Of a stretch of DNA of 32,000 nucleotides, positions 20,753 through 30,375 are shown in pieces (position 1 is the first letter of the stretch; the number at the start of each line of letters is the position of its first letter). The translations under genes were made by a program, and so were the position numbers. Under the pieces are notes generated by a model. The model saw only the letters and a list, made by a program, of their open reading frames with translations. It was not told the origin of the DNA and did not search any database. The stretch lies in assembly GCF_000011805.1 (NCBI RefSeq), contig NC_006840.2. One strand, written 5' to 3'. This DNA is from Aliivibrio fischeri ES114 (GTDB lineage Bacteria > Pseudomonadota > Gammaproteobacteria > Enterobacterales > Vibrionaceae).

Positions 20753-20930
20753 AGGTTTCAGGTTTCAAAAGAAGCAGAGTTCAGATCGCTTCGCTGGCAG
20801 AATTCAGAGGTGATCGCTTTAATTTCAACGATCACTTCTGAACTCTGCAAGGGAGCTTGCGACCGATCTGAGTTCTGCTCTCAGCTCTTCCTCGTCCCTC
20901 GAGCGAAGCGTCCTCGAATCTCGTCCCTAC
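20753..20930. repeat. Mosaic intergenic repeat tract 9 (between tex and greB)
   Basis: AGGTTTCAGG, GCAGAGTTCAGATCGCTTCGCTGGCAGAATTCAGAGG, TGAACTCTGCAAGGGAGCTTGCGACCGATCTGAG, CTCGTCCCTCGAGCGAAGCGTCCTCG. Confidence 0.82.
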
Positions 20931-21400
20931 ACCTGGTACCTAATCGAATTCACGAACCACTCTTTATCCCCATCAGGCGTTTTTACAATCACATCTTCAT
21001 CCACTTCTTTTTTGATCAGTGCACGAGCCATTGGGGAATCGATAGAGATATAGTCGTTGCGGCCAAATATTTCATCAGGACCAACGATGCGAAAAGAGAG
21101 GGTATCGCCTTGTTCGTTTTCAATTTCAACGAACGCACCGAAAAAGATTTTTCCGTCTTGCTGTGGGGAATAGTCGACCACTTTTACTTGGTCTAAACGT
21201 TTACGAAGGTAGCGAACACGGCGGTCTATTTCACGAAGGCGTTTTTTGTTGTATTGATAATCAGCGTTTTCACTGCGATCACCAAGGCTAGCCGCCCAAG
21301 TCACTTTTTTTGTGACTTCTGGGCGTTCTTCTTTCCATAGAAACGTGAGTTCATCTTGTAGCTTATTAAAGCCTTCACGTGTGATTAAATTGGTTTTCAT
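20927..21400 (-). CDS. greB: Transcript cleavage factor GreB
   Basis: 157-aa, MKTNLITREGFNKLQDELTFLWKEERPEVTKKVTWAASLGDRSENADYQYNKKRLREIDRRVRYLRKRLD. Confidence 0.96.
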   Translation of the reverse strand: MKTNLITREGFNKLQDELTFLWKEERPEVTKKVTWAASLGDRSENADYQYNKKRLREIDRRVRYLRKRLDQVKVVDYSPQQDGKIFFGAFVEIENEQGDTLSFRIVGPDEIFGRNDYISIDSPMARALIKKEVDEDVIVKTPDGDKEWFVNSIRYQV

Positions 21401-21418
21401 TATTTATCCTGACACGCC

Positions 21419-22357
21419 CTAATCGTAGCGGATGCCTTTTTTAACGTTTGGATCTTCCATTGTTTTAAAACGTTTATGTAGCCACATCCATTGAGGAATA
21501 CAGCGTAAAATGACACGTTCTACCGCTTTATTCATTACCGTAGCAACACCAACGGGATCTTTCTTCGGAAATTGGTCACTGATGTCATTATCAATTTGTA
21601 AGTGGTAATTATTGTAAGTTCTAAAGCCCGATGCAGTAACAACGGCACATTTACTTGCACTGATTAATATATCCGAGCCTACGGTAGTACAAGCATCTGG
21701 AACCGCAAAGAAAGGAACAAAGACCGATTTATTGCGGTTGTAATCGTGGTCAGGCATATACCAAAGACGCTCACCTTTACGTAATACACGCAGCATGCCT
21801 TTGACGTCTTTTCTATCAATCATTTGGTTGCCATTATTGGTTCGGCCCCAATGTTGAATGAAATCGTAAGCTGGGTTGTTATGTGGGCGGTAAACACCAT
21901 AACCTGGAGCAAAAGAAGTGAATGCACGAGCGGTAAGTTCAAGGTTTAATGCGTGAACACAAACAACTAATACGCCACGACCTTCTTCTGCAAGATCAAG
22001 AATGTGCTGCTTGTTTTCATAACTAAAATGTTTTTCGACACGCCAATCTGGCCATACCCAAGCCATTGCGGTTTCAAAAATCGCAAGACCTGAATTTTTG
22101 AAATTCTCAACAATAATGGCTTCACGCTCAGACGATTCCATTTCTGGAAAAGCGAGTTCTAAATTACGGCGAGCAACATGGGCTCTTGATTTTCCGAGTT
22201 TTAATCCAAGTAAACCAAGAGAGCGACCAAGTTTGTAAGTTACTTTATAAGGTAATAGGGTGACGATGGCAAAAAGGAATCCGAATCCAAACCATACCCC
22301 CCAATATTTAGGGTGTAGAAGAGCGCTAGAGAATTTAGGTGCTGGATACTTTGACAT
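21419..22357 (-). CDS. LpxL-like lysophospholipid/lipid A (KDO)2-lipid IVA acyltransferase
   Basis: 312-aa HtrB/MsbB-family protein with the H-X4-E active-site motif (VCVHALNLE), LHPKYWGVWFGFG start and C-terminal WMWLHKRFK. Confidence 0.88.
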   Translation of the reverse strand: MSKYPAPKFSSALLHPKYWGVWFGFGFLFAIVTLLPYKVTYKLGRSLGLLGLKLGKSRAHVARRNLELAFPEMESSEREAIIVENFKNSGLAIFETAMAWVWPDWRVEKHFSYENKQHILDLAEEGRGVLVVCVHALNLELTARAFTSFAPGYGVYRPHNNPAYDFIQHWGRTNNGNQMIDRKDVKGMLRVLRKGERLWYMPDHDYNRNKSVFVPFFAVPDACTTVGSDILISASKCAVVTASGFRTYNNYHLQIDNDISDQFPKKDPVGVATVMNKAVERVILRCIPQWMWLHKRFKTMEDPNVKKGIRYD

Positions 22358-22381
22358 CGTGAGCCTATTTTATCTAATTAA

Positions 22382-22972
22382 TTATTGGATCTGAGCACTG
22401 AGTAGCGCCCAATACTCGTTAAAGTTTTCAGTCGGTTGATATTTAAAATCAGAACGAACAAAACGACAGAAACTCCCCTCGACTTGACCCACAAGCTGAG
22501 CGGCTAAAATACTTTCATCAATTGGGAATGCTTTCCCTTCACGTAATTTACGTTCACGTAAGATTTGTTTGAATTGAAGTTCAATACGCTCAAATATTTG
22601 ATTGATGCGGCTTCTTAAGCGCTCATTTTCAAACATCAGCGCATGGCCTGTCATAATTCGAGTTAATCCCGGGTTACGTTCAGCAAAGGCGAGCAGAAGT
22701 TTTAATAATAGCTCAATACGTTTTAAAGTATCTTTTTCATCTTCAAGAATGCGGTTAACACGCGAAAAAATAGATTCTTCAATAAATTCAATTAAGCCTT
22801 CAAACATTTTGGCTTTGCTTGGGAAATGGCGATATAACGCAGCTTCTGATACACCAACCTGTTTTGCTAATTTGGCTGTGGTAATGCGAGCAGCACCTTC
22901 ATTGGACTCTAGCATTTCAGCTAAAGCTTGTAGTATTTCATCACGACGATTTGGTTTTCTTGGGGTCGCCAT
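22382..22972 (-). CDS. slmA: Nucleoid occlusion factor SlmA (TetR-like)
   Basis: 196-aa, [13 protein letters not shown]...[38 protein letters not shown]; located next to coaBC as in related genomes. Confidence 0.95.
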   Translation of the reverse strand: MATPRKPNRRDEILQALAEMLESNEGAARITTAKLAKQVGVSEAALYRHFPSKAKMFEGLIEFIEESIFSRVNRILEDEKDTLKRIELLLKLLLAFAERNPGLTRIMTGHALMFENERLRSRINQIFERIELQFKQILRERKLREGKAFPIDESILAAQLVGQVEGSFCRFVRSDFKYQPTENFNEYWALLSAQIQ

Positions 22973-23022
22973 TACGGTTCCTTTGTCATTTTTTATTATT
23001 TTTTGTGGAGCTGTTTTTATAA

Positions 23023-23129
23023 GAGTTCAGATCGCTTCGCTTGCAGAATTCAGAGGGGAGCGTTGAAATATCAGCGAGCACCTCTGAACCCTGTAAGGGA
23101 GCTTGCGACCGATCTGAATCCTGCTTCTA
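23023..23129. repeat. Mosaic intergenic repeat tract 10 (between slmA and coaBC)
   Basis: GTTCAGATCGCTTCGCTTGCAGAATTCAGAGG...CACCTCTGAACCCTGTAAGGGAGCTTGCGACCGATCTGAATCCTGCTTCTA; extends to the coaBC stop codon. Confidence 0.82.
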
Positions 23130-24356
23130 CAGTTTCTCAACGATCTCAAGCATAATCGCTTTACCCAACTCCGACTTCGTCGTTAACGGTAGCGCTTTAT
23201 CACCTTCTTTCCAATATAGGTGAAGCGCATTGTTATCACTATTAAAGCCTTGTCCCTGAACTGATACATCGTTTGCACAGATCATATCTAAATTTTTGCG
23301 TTCTAATTTACCGCGAGCGTATTTTTCCACATCTTGAGTTTCAGCTGCAAAACCAACAGTAAATGGACGCTGATTCGTTAATGCTGCAACTGAAGCGACA
23401 ATATCTGGGTTCTTAACCATATGAAGCGTCATGCCATCTTCATCGGCGGTTTTCTTTAATTTTTGAGTCGCCACTTGGCTTAGTTTGAAATCAGCAACGG
23501 CAGCACATGCGATAAAGATAGAATGAGATTGTGCATTTTTCATTACCGCTCCGTGCATTTGTTCTGCGCTTTCAATATCAATGCGTTTCACGTTCTCTGG
23601 TGTTGCAAGGTTAACAGGACCACTGACTAAAGTGACGTTAGCACCTAATTGAGCTGCGGCTTCTGCAATAGCAAATCCCATTTTCCCTGAGCTATGGTTA
23701 GAGATATAACGAACAGGATCGATGGCTTCACGAGTTGGGCCCGCAGTAATAAGTAGAGATTGACCTTTAAGTGGTTTTTCATCAGCTTCTGCTTGTTCAC
23801 AAGAATTCGCTTGGAAAAAGTCTTCACATAAATGAACCAGCTCCATTGGCTCAAGCATTCTTCCCATGCCCACATCACCACAAGCTTGTTGGCCCGCTGC
23901 TGGGCCCCAAATGTGCATGCCACGACGAGCTAGTGTTGCTATGTTTTCTTGCGTCGCGATATTGCTATACATTTGCTGATTCATAGCAGGAGAGACCGCG
24001 ACAGGAGAATCTGTAGCAAGAACTAAAGTAGATAATAAATCGTTACCCATGCCAGCAGCCATTCGAGCAATCAGATCAGCCGTAGCAGGAGCAAGTAAAA
24101 CAATGTCAGCCCACTTTGCTAACTCAATGTGTCCCATTGATGCTTCAGCAGCAGGATCAAGTAAACTATCAGCAACAGGGTGGCCAGAAACCGCCTGCAT
24201 TGTTAATGGGGTAATGAACTCTTTTGCTGCTTTTGTCATTACTACACGAACTTCAGCGCCGCGTTCAATCAATCGACGAGTCAGTTCTGCACATTTATAA
24301 GCTGCAATGCCGCCGCTAATACCAAGAAGAATTCGTTTCCCTGCAAGAGATGCCAT
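23127..24356 (-). CDS. coaBC: Bifunctional phosphopantothenoylcysteine decarboxylase / phosphopantothenate-cysteine ligase
   Basis: 409-aa, [69 protein letters not shown]. Confidence 0.96.
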
Positions 24357-24576
24357 GACACTAATTACCCTGTTAGTGGTTCACCATAAAGTAGCGCTAA
24401 CCATATCATAATTTTTTTTCAGAGTGATGCACTTCCAATCTCTTCCATCAAGTAAATGACCAAAAACATAATTGCAATCAAGGTTTGAAGCTTGCCGAAG
24501 GCTAAGTAATCGAGAAAGCGCATAAGATTTAGACATCGTAGGCTGTGTAGATAGCAAGCTATTAATTGAGAAAACT

Positions 24577-25251
24577 ATGTCATTAATGAACCTACCAGAA
24601 GAATCTAGACCAAGAGAGAAGTTACTCGCACTTGGGCCAAAGTCATTAACGGATGCTGAATTACTCGCGATCTTTTTAAGAACTGGGACCCAAGGAATGA
24701 ATGCCATTGAACTGGCAGACAAACTATTAAAGGAGTTCGGCTCATTAAGGAAGTTACTCAGTTCTGATGAAAATGAATTCTGCAGTCATAAAGGGTTGGG
24801 AACCGCAAAGTTTGCACAGCTGCAAGCCGTTGTTGAAATGACAGAACGGTATTTATTTGAAAAGATTGAAAAAGAGGATGCGTTAACCAGTCCCGAGCAT
24901 ACAAAGCGTTATTTAACCCGAATGTTAAGAGATAGACATAGGGAAGCGTTTTATGTTTTGTTCCTTGATAATCAGCATCGAGTACTAAAAGGGGAGATAT
25001 TATTTGAAGGAACAATCGATGTTGCTGCCGTTTATCCGAGAGAAGTTGTAAAAAGATCGATAGATTATAATGCAGCCGCCATCATTTTAGCGCATAATCA
25101 CCCCTCCGGTGTAGCCGAACCAAGTCAAGCCGACAGAAGAATTACAAAACGTATTTCTGATGCCGTAGAATTGGTGGATATCCGAGTCCTTGATCATTTT
25201 GTGATCGGTGATGGAGAAATAGTCTCTTTTGCCGAAAGAGGATGGATTTGA
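24577..25251 (+). CDS. radC: RadC family JAB/JAMM-domain protein
   Basis: 224-aa, [37 protein letters not shown]; JAMM motif [17 protein letters not shown]. Located next to coaBC and rpmB. Confidence 0.95.
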   Translation: MSLMNLPEESRPREKLLALGPKSLTDAELLAIFLRTGTQGMNAIELADKLLKEFGSLRKLLSSDENEFCSHKGLGTAKFAQLQAVVEMTERYLFEKIEKEDALTSPEHTKRYLTRMLRDRHREAFYVLFLDNQHRVLKGEILFEGTIDVAAVYPREVVKRSIDYNAAAIILAHNHPSGVAEPSQADRRITKRISDAVELVDIRVLDHFVIGDGEIVSFAERGWI

Positions 25252-25313
25252 GTGTTTTTTTTACCGATTGAATAAAAAAAATACAAAAAACCGTAAAAAG
25301 ATCCCTTAGGGTC

Positions 25314-25343
25314 TTGAGCAATGCGCAATCACATTAGTATAAT
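25314..25343 (+). promoter_or_regulatory. Putative sigma70 promoter for rpmB-rpmG
   Basis: TTGAGC (25314-25319), 18-nt spacer, TATAAT (25338-25343), followed by GC-rich AATGCGCGACC; about 100 nt upstream of rpmB. Confidence 0.65.
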
Positions 25344-25446
25344 GCGCGACCTTTGATAGCCTTGAATTAGAAATTTCCTATGGAATTTCTAGTGGTTTTT
25401 CGCCACCAAGGTGATATCGAGCTGAAACGATTTGGAGAAGACAGCA

Positions 25447-25683
25447 ATGTCCCGAGTATGCCAAGTAACTGGTAAGCGTCCTGCAGTTGGTAACAACCGC
25501 TCACACGCAAAAAATGCCACCAAGCGTCGTTTTCTGCCGAACCTACAAACTCATCGTTTCTGGGTAGAAAGCGAAAAACGCTTCGTTAAACTTCGTCTTA
25601 CCGCTAAAGGTATGCGTATCATTGATAAGAAAGGTATCGAAACCGTTCTTGCAGATATGCGTGCTCGTGGCGAGAACGTTTAA
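25447..25683 (+). CDS. rpmB: 50S ribosomal protein L28
   Basis: 78-aa [63 protein letters not shown]; start corrected from the track. Confidence 0.98.
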   Translation: MSRVCQVTGKRPAVGNNRSHAKNATKRRFLPNLQTHRFWVESEKRFVKLRLTAKGMRIIDKKGIETVLADMRARGENV

Positions 25684-25697
25684 GAGGAATCTGAACA

Positions 25698-25865
25698 ATG
25701 GCTAAAGGCGCACGTGAGAAAATCAAGTTAGTATCAACTGCTAACACTGGTCACTTCTACACAACTGACAAAAACAAACGTAACATGCCAGGCAAAATGG
25801 AGATCAAAAAATACGATCCTGTTGTACGCCAGCACGTTCTTTACAAAGAAGCAAAAATCAAGTAA
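25698..25865 (+). CDS. rpmG: 50S ribosomal protein L33
   Basis: 55 aa read directly from sequence: [55 protein letters not shown]. Too short for the supplied ORF track. Confidence 0.98.
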   Translation: MAKGAREKIKLVSTANTGHFYTTDKNKRNMPGKMEIKKYDPVVRQHVLYKEAKIK

Positions 25866-25898
25866 TTCGATTACTGATTGCAACTTTGATAAAATTGA

Positions 25899-25928
25899 AA
25901 ACCCAGCCTTGTTGCTGGGTTTTTTTTT
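25899..25928 (+). terminator. Rho-independent terminator for rpmBG
   Basis: AAACCCAGCCTTGTTGCTGGGTTTTTTTT: CCCAGC/GCTGGG stem plus T tract. Confidence 0.88.
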
Positions 25929-26023
25929 GCGTGAAGAGCAGGGACGAGAGGTGAGGACGCTTCGCTCAAGGAGCGAGTAAGGTCAAAAACGGAAGAGCTA
26001 GAGTTCAGATCGCTACGCTTGCA

Positions 26024-26150
26024 GAGTTCAGAGGCACTTGCTTCTAGCTCCTCCCCTTTATCGACATAGCCACTTGGTTGATAAAGTAAATATAAGGGGA
26101 GGCTGGGAGGGGTTGTTAGTAAATGACTAGGAACTATACGCTGTGCTAAC
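26024..26150 (+). repeat. 127-nt direct repeat, left copy
   Basis: GAGTTCAGAGGCACTTGCTTCTAGCTCCTCCCC...CTGTGCTAAC; aligns without gaps to 26817-26943 with about 10 mismatches by eye. Confidence 0.88.
26050..26102 (+). repeat. 35-loop hairpin element copy 5 (variant b stem)
   Basis: Stem CCTCCCCTT (26050-26058) / AAGGGGAGG (26094-26102), loop 35 nt. Confidence 0.88.
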
Positions 26151-26325
26151 TAAATACTATAAAATCGAGTATGGTAGGTGTTTTGAGTTATCATGAAACA
26201 TGAAACCTCGATCTTGCTCTTATCGTTTCTAGTTAGCGAAGCGTATAGTCTCTAAAACTCGCCGCTTCTTGAACCTCGAACGAAGCGTCCTCGCTTCTAG
26301 TCCCTGTTCTTAAAAAGGATTTAAA

Positions 26326-26781
26326 ATGAAAAAACCATCACGTCGCAAATACAACAACATGCTGATCATCTTCGTGTTGCTTTTCATTGCAGTACTTCAA
26401 GCTCCTCAGCTAATAAAAACATATTTAATAGAACCAAAAGAAAATATTGAAGTAGTTGAAGGTATTAAGCCGTTATTCGAAGGGGAAAATGCGATCCAAA
26501 AAATGCATTTTTCAGAATACGATCTAAGTGCTAATACTTCAGAGCAAGAGAGCCAACTCATTGAACGTTGGTTTACGCTAGAAGGAACCCTTCTTAATGA
26601 TGATTCAGTAAAAGCATTGAAAGAAAAGTTACCCGCTCCAAGCTCTGTTGAAGTCTGGCTTGAAGACCAGGAAGAGCCGCAACGAATTACTATTTACCAA
26701 GCACCAAGTTTTTGGATGATGCAAAACTGGCAAGGTGAGTGGATCGCAGTAAGTGCGGAAGAAGGGTATTTGTTTAGGTAA
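26326..26781 (+). CDS. Hypothetical protein with single N-terminal membrane anchor
   Basis: 151-aa, MKKPSRRKYNNMLIIFVLLFIAVLQAP then a soluble-looking domain (VEVWLEDQEEPQRITIYQAPSFWMMQNWQGEWIAV). Confidence 0.75.
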   Translation: MKKPSRRKYNNMLIIFVLLFIAVLQAPQLIKTYLIEPKENIEVVEGIKPLFEGENAIQKMHFSEYDLSANTSEQESQLIERWFTLEGTLLNDDSVKALKEKLPAPSSVEVWLEDQEEPQRITIYQAPSFWMMQNWQGEWIAVSAEEGYLFR

Positions 26782-26816
26782 GAGCAGGGACGAGAGGCGA
26801 GGACGCTTCGCTCGTA

Positions 26817-26943
26817 GAGTTCAGAGGCAGTTGCTTCTAGCTCCTCCCCTTTATCGACATAGCCACTTGGTTGATAAAGTAAATATAAGGGGAGGTTGGG
26901 AGGGTTTGTTAGTAAATAGCTAGAAATTATACGCAGCGTTAAC
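26817..26943 (+). repeat. 127-nt direct repeat, right copy
   Basis: GAGTTCAGAGGCAGTTGCTTCTAGCTCCTCCCC...CAGCGTTAAC; flanks the 26326-26781 gene together with the left copy. Confidence 0.88.
26843..26895 (+). repeat. 35-loop hairpin element copy 6 (variant b stem)
   Basis: Stem CCTCCCCTT (26843-26851) / AAGGGGAGG (26887-26895), loop 35 nt. Confidence 0.88.
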
Positions 26944-27020
26944 TTGAGCGCTTTACTTGCAGAGTTTAAAGGAACTTGCTTTTGATTTTCCTGAAACCTT
27001 ATCTTTAAAAGGAAGCCCCA

Positions 27021-27839
27021 ATGCCAGAATTGCCAGAAGTAGAAACCAGCCGCCTAGGAATCACGCCACATCTGCAAGGTCAGACAATTAAAGCTATTGT
27101 GGTTAGAACGGATAAGCTTCGTTGGCCAATCCCTCAAGAATTGCAAAAATTAGTTGGACAAAGAGTTCAGTCAATTCGCCGTCGTGCAAAATATTTAATG
27201 ATAGATACCCCAAAAGGCAGTGCGATTATTCATTTAGGAATGTCGGGCAGTTTACGAGTTTTAGATGAAGAAGTGCCGTCAGCAAAACACGATCATGTTG
27301 ATCTAGTCTTAGAAAATGGCAAAGTTCTTCGTTATAACGATCCACGCAAGTTTGGTGCTTGGTTATATTCTGAGGTAGGTGTAGCGCATCAAGTACTTTC
27401 GAAGCTAGGGCCAGAACCACTAACAAATGAATTTAATAGCGAGTATTTTGCAGAGAAAGCCAAGAATAAAAAAACCGTAGTGAAACAATTTATAATGAAC
27501 AATGCTGTAGTGGTTGGTGTTGGTAATATTTATGCCAGTGAATCCTTGTTTATGGCTCAAATTCATCCTAAAACGTCGGTAGGTTCATTAAAAGCGTCTC
27601 AGATTACTCTTCTTGTAGCTGAAATAAAAAAAGTGCTAGAAACCGCAATTAAGCAAGGTGGAACAACACTAAAAGATTTTAATCAAGTTGATGGCAAGCC
27701 TGGATATTTTGCACAGGAATTGCATGTATATGGTCGCGCCAAGAAAAAATGCCTACTATGTAGCTCAATTATTCAAGAAGAGAAAATCGGACAACGAAAC
27801 ACTTTTTGGTGTGGACATTGTCAGCCATTTAATAAATAA
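27021..27839 (+). CDS. mutM: Formamidopyrimidine-DNA glycosylase (Fpg/MutM)
   Basis: 272-aa, PELPEVET start, [16 protein letters not shown]-terminal zinc finger [25 protein letters not shown]. Confidence 0.97.
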   Translation: MPELPEVETSRLGITPHLQGQTIKAIVVRTDKLRWPIPQELQKLVGQRVQSIRRRAKYLMIDTPKGSAIIHLGMSGSLRVLDEEVPSAKHDHVDLVLENGKVLRYNDPRKFGAWLYSEVGVAHQVLSKLGPEPLTNEFNSEYFAEKAKNKKTVVKQFIMNNAVVVGVGNIYASESLFMAQIHPKTSVGSLKASQITLLVAEIKKVLETAIKQGGTTLKDFNQVDGKPGYFAQELHVYGRAKKKCLLCSSIIQEEKIGQRNTFWCGHCQPFNK

Positions 27840-27863
27840 CGTTAAAAAAATAGAGAGAACCAA

Positions 27864-29843
27864 ATGAATTTCCAACAAAACTATAAACAACTTAGTCGAG
27901 CCATTTGGTTATCAGTTTTTATTGCTGTGATTATATTATCTGTAGGACGTTTAGTTTTTTTAGCTAATATTGTTGATACGGCCGAGCTTGCACAAAGAGA
28001 AGGTGATTTATGGCGAGCCCTATTTACTGGGTTCCGTTTTGATTTGAAAGTTGTTGTTATTGGTTTCGCACCATTATTGTTAATTGGTTTAAGCGTCGCA
28101 GCTTTTCCTAAAATGTATCGCATATTTTCTAAGGTATTTCCTTGGTACTCTGGCCTTATCTTTTTTCTAGTTACTGGTTTCTCTATTGGTAATTATTATT
28201 ACTACCTTACCTATGGTAGCTATATTGATGTCTTTATTTTTGGCTTGGCTGATGATGACACTAAAGCTGTTTTAGCTAACGCATGGGCTGATTATCCAAT
28301 TTTCTTATCTTTTATAAGTAGCCTGATTGTTGCTTGTTGTTGTGCTGCTTTTATTCGTACAATCATAAAGAAAATGCAGCAATGGGAATGGAAAACACCG
28401 CATAAAATAACAACATCTGTATCCGTGTTTATGATGATTCTTACTGTTTTCTTCTTTGCCAGAGGCACGTTAGGCTCCCACCCATTAAAACGTTATCATG
28501 CCCAAGTATCTGATTATAAAGTGCTGAACAGCATCACCCCAAATGGCATTATTGCGCTTGAATGGGCAAACAGTGATTATAAAAAGCAGAATAAATTCCA
28601 CACAGTAAGCAAAGCGGAACTTGAAGATCAGTTCACTAAGGTTGTGGGCAACACAACAGGCGAATTTACCACGTCTAAAAATACCTATTTAGCCAATAAT
28701 AAACCTCATGTTGTGATGGCATTAATGGAAGGCATGGGGACTAACGTATTGGTTGAAGATGACTACCCACAAAACGATTTACTCGGTGCCTTACGACCAG
28801 CATTTGAATCCGATTTTGTCTTTAAACGATTTTTAGCGGAAACCCCAGCAACCATTAACTCATTGGTGAACATGCTAGGGCAAAGTAATGTGCCAACCAT
28901 CAGTCACTCTTCCGCTCAAAAAGTAGAGGTGGCAGCCGCAGCCGCACGACCATATAAAAACGCGGGCTACAAAACGCTGTTTATCACCGCAACCAATGGC
29001 ATGTGGCGTAATGTCGCGAACTACTTACCGGCACAAGGCTTTGATGAGATTTTAGATGAAAATGCCATATTAAAAGCCTTTCCTGAAGCGGAAGCGTTTC
29101 GTGGTGAGTGGGGATTATCTGATGAATACGCGTTTAAGTTAGCGGAAAAAGAGCTTAATGAAGCCACGCAACCGCTGATGATTTACATCTTAACGATCAC
29201 CAATCATACGCCATATGAAGTGCCAAAAAATTATGACGTTAAGCCACTAAAAGTGAGTAAGCAATTAGTAGAGCGTATGCAAAAAGGCGAAGAGGAAGCG
29301 ATGCGACTGCTTGAGACTTACCAATATGCCAATAACGCATTGGGAGAGTTTATCGCCAATGTCAAACAGTCACCATTAGGAGACTCAACCCTTATCGCGG
29401 CAGCCGGGGATCATAAGCTAAGAGGGTTTACCATGAAGTACCCAGATGATATCGCTATCATGAATGCGGTGCCGTTTTATCTCTATGTGCCTGAAAAAAT
29501 ACAACAGTACGTGCCTTATCTTTATGATGAAAAACGCGTAGGGTCACACAAAGATATCTTCCCAACCTTGTATGCATTCAGCTTGTCAGAAGCGGCGTAT
29601 TACAGCTTAGGTGGTGAGAATATGTTGAGCACAACGGATACAAGTCGATTCGGCTATAATCCTGAAATGACGGTGGTAGAGCAGGGAATGTATTTGAATA
29701 GCCAGCCTGAAAAACTGTATCAATGGCGATCGGAGTTGGAAACCTCTCTTGAGCCAACATCAAACGACAAGCCTAATGTCGATAAGGATTACCACACATT
29801 GCAAACCTTATACATTAATGGCCAAGTAAAAGGCGTTCATTAA
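27864..29843 (+). CDS. LTA synthase family / sulfatase-fold membrane protein (phosphoglycerol or phosphoethanolamine transferase-like)
   Basis: 659-aa; about 5 N-terminal TM segments, then a sulfatase-like domain (HVVMALMEGMGTNVL, NSLVNMLGQSNVPTISH, LTITNHTPYEVP, AAGDHKLRG). Confidence 0.88.
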   Translation: MNFQQNYKQLSRAIWLSVFIAVIILSVGRLVFLANIVDTAELAQREGDLWRALFTGFRFDLKVVVIGFAPLLLIGLSVAAFPKMYRIFSKVFPWYSGLIFFLVTGFSIGNYYYYLTYGSYIDVFIFGLADDDTKAVLANAWADYPIFLSFISSLIVACCCAAFIRTIIKKMQQWEWKTPHKITTSVSVFMMILTVFFFARGTLGSHPLKRYHAQVSDYKVLNSITPNGIIALEWANSDYKKQNKFHTVSKAELEDQFTKVVGNTTGEFTTSKNTYLANNKPHVVMALMEGMGTNVLVEDDYPQNDLLGALRPAFESDFVFKRFLAETPATINSLVNMLGQSNVPTISHSSAQKVEVAAAAARPYKNAGYKTLFITATNGMWRNVANYLPAQGFDEILDENAILKAFPEAEAFRGEWGLSDEYAFKLAEKELNEATQPLMIYILTITNHTPYEVPKNYDVKPLKVSKQLVERMQKGEEEAMRLLETYQYANNALGEFIANVKQSPLGDSTLIAAAGDHKLRGFTMKYPDDIAIMNAVPFYLYVPEKIQQYVPYLYDEKRVGSHKDIFPTLYAFSLSEAAYYSLGGENMLSTTDTSRFGYNPEMTVVEQGMYLNSQPEKLYQWRSELETSLEPTSNDKPNVDKDYHTLQTLYINGQVKGVH

Positions 29844-29853
29844 TCGTTATCAT

Positions 29854-29880
29854 AGGCCACTTATTTAAGTGGCCTTTTTT
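29854..29880. terminator. Bidirectional Rho-independent terminator between sulfatase-fold gene and coaD
   Basis: AGGCCACTT ATTT AAGTGGCCT TTTTT between convergent genes. Confidence 0.88.
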
Positions 29881-29886
29881 AACGTA

Positions 29887-30375
29887 TTACAATGATGACG
29901 CAACTTTATTTTTTAATGCTTGATTAACCGAAGAAGGAACAAAGGCTTCCACACTTCCTCCATGCAACGCTACTTCACGAACAATGGTCGAAGAGAGAAA
30001 CGCATACTCCTCAGAAGGCGTAAGAAACACACTCTCTAATTCAGGCATTAATTTACGATACATACTGGTTAAGCCAAATTCGTACTCAAAATCCATGGTG
30101 GTTCTTAGCCCACGCACCAATAAGTTGGCCTTTTTTTCTTTGGCAAAATCCACCATCAATCCAGAGAAACCTTCAACATAAACATTAGGAAGATCTTTCG
30201 TTACGGCTTGCACCAGTTGAACACGTTCGTCTAAAGTAAACAGTGTTTTCTTACTTGGGCTTGCCGCCACTGCAACAATGATGTGATCAAACATGGAGGC
30301 AGAACGTTTAATTAAATCCAAATGTCCATTAGTGATAGGATCAAACGTACCGGGATAAAGCGTTAATTTAGTCAT
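29887..30375 (-). CDS. coaD: Phosphopantetheine adenylyltransferase
   Basis: 162-aa from [25 protein letters not shown] (start 30375; track start 30426 too far upstream); [36 protein letters not shown]. Confidence 0.96.
   Translation of the reverse strand: MTKLTLYPGTFDPITNGHLDLIKRSASMFDHIIVAVAASPSKKTLFTLDERVQLVQAVTKDLPNVYVEGFSGLMVDFAKEKKANLLVRGLRTTMDFEYEFGLTSMYRKLMPELESVFLTPSEEYAFLSSTIVREVALHGGSVEAFVPSSVNQALKNKVASSL

Larger units (their letters stand above)
25936..26312. repeat. Mosaic intergenic repeat tract 11 (between rpmG and 26326 gene)
   Basis: GAGCAGGGACGAGAGGTGAGGACGCTTCGCTC, GAGTTCAGATCGCTACGCTTGCAGAGTTCAGAGG, hairpin element 5, GTTTCTAGTTAGCGAAGCGTATAGTCTC. Confidence 0.85.
26782..27000. 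repeat. Mosaic intergenic repeat tract 12 (between 26326 gene and mutM)
   Basis: Starts directly after the TAA with GAGCAGGGACGAGAGGCGAGGACGCTTCGCTCG, followed by hairpin element 6. Confidence 0.85.

Noticed and set aside
20810-21196. 128-aa + strand ORF antisense to greB
   Set aside because: Reads out of a repeat tract and across the non-coding strand of a clear greB gene; no domain-like sequence.
23041-23223. 60-aa ORF sharing the peptide SEPCKGACDRSE with the 20810 ORF
   Set aside because: The shared peptide comes from translating repeat module 5 (CTGTAAGGGAGCTTGCGACCGATCTGA), not from a protein family.
24381-24722. 113-aa minus-strand ORF in the coaBC-radC spacer
   Set aside because: Largely antisense to the well-supported radC; no motif support.
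24577-25251. radC as a mobile-island antirestriction gene
   Set aside because: Its context with coaBC and rpmBG is the standard chromosomal arrangement; no mobile signatures beyond the repeats.
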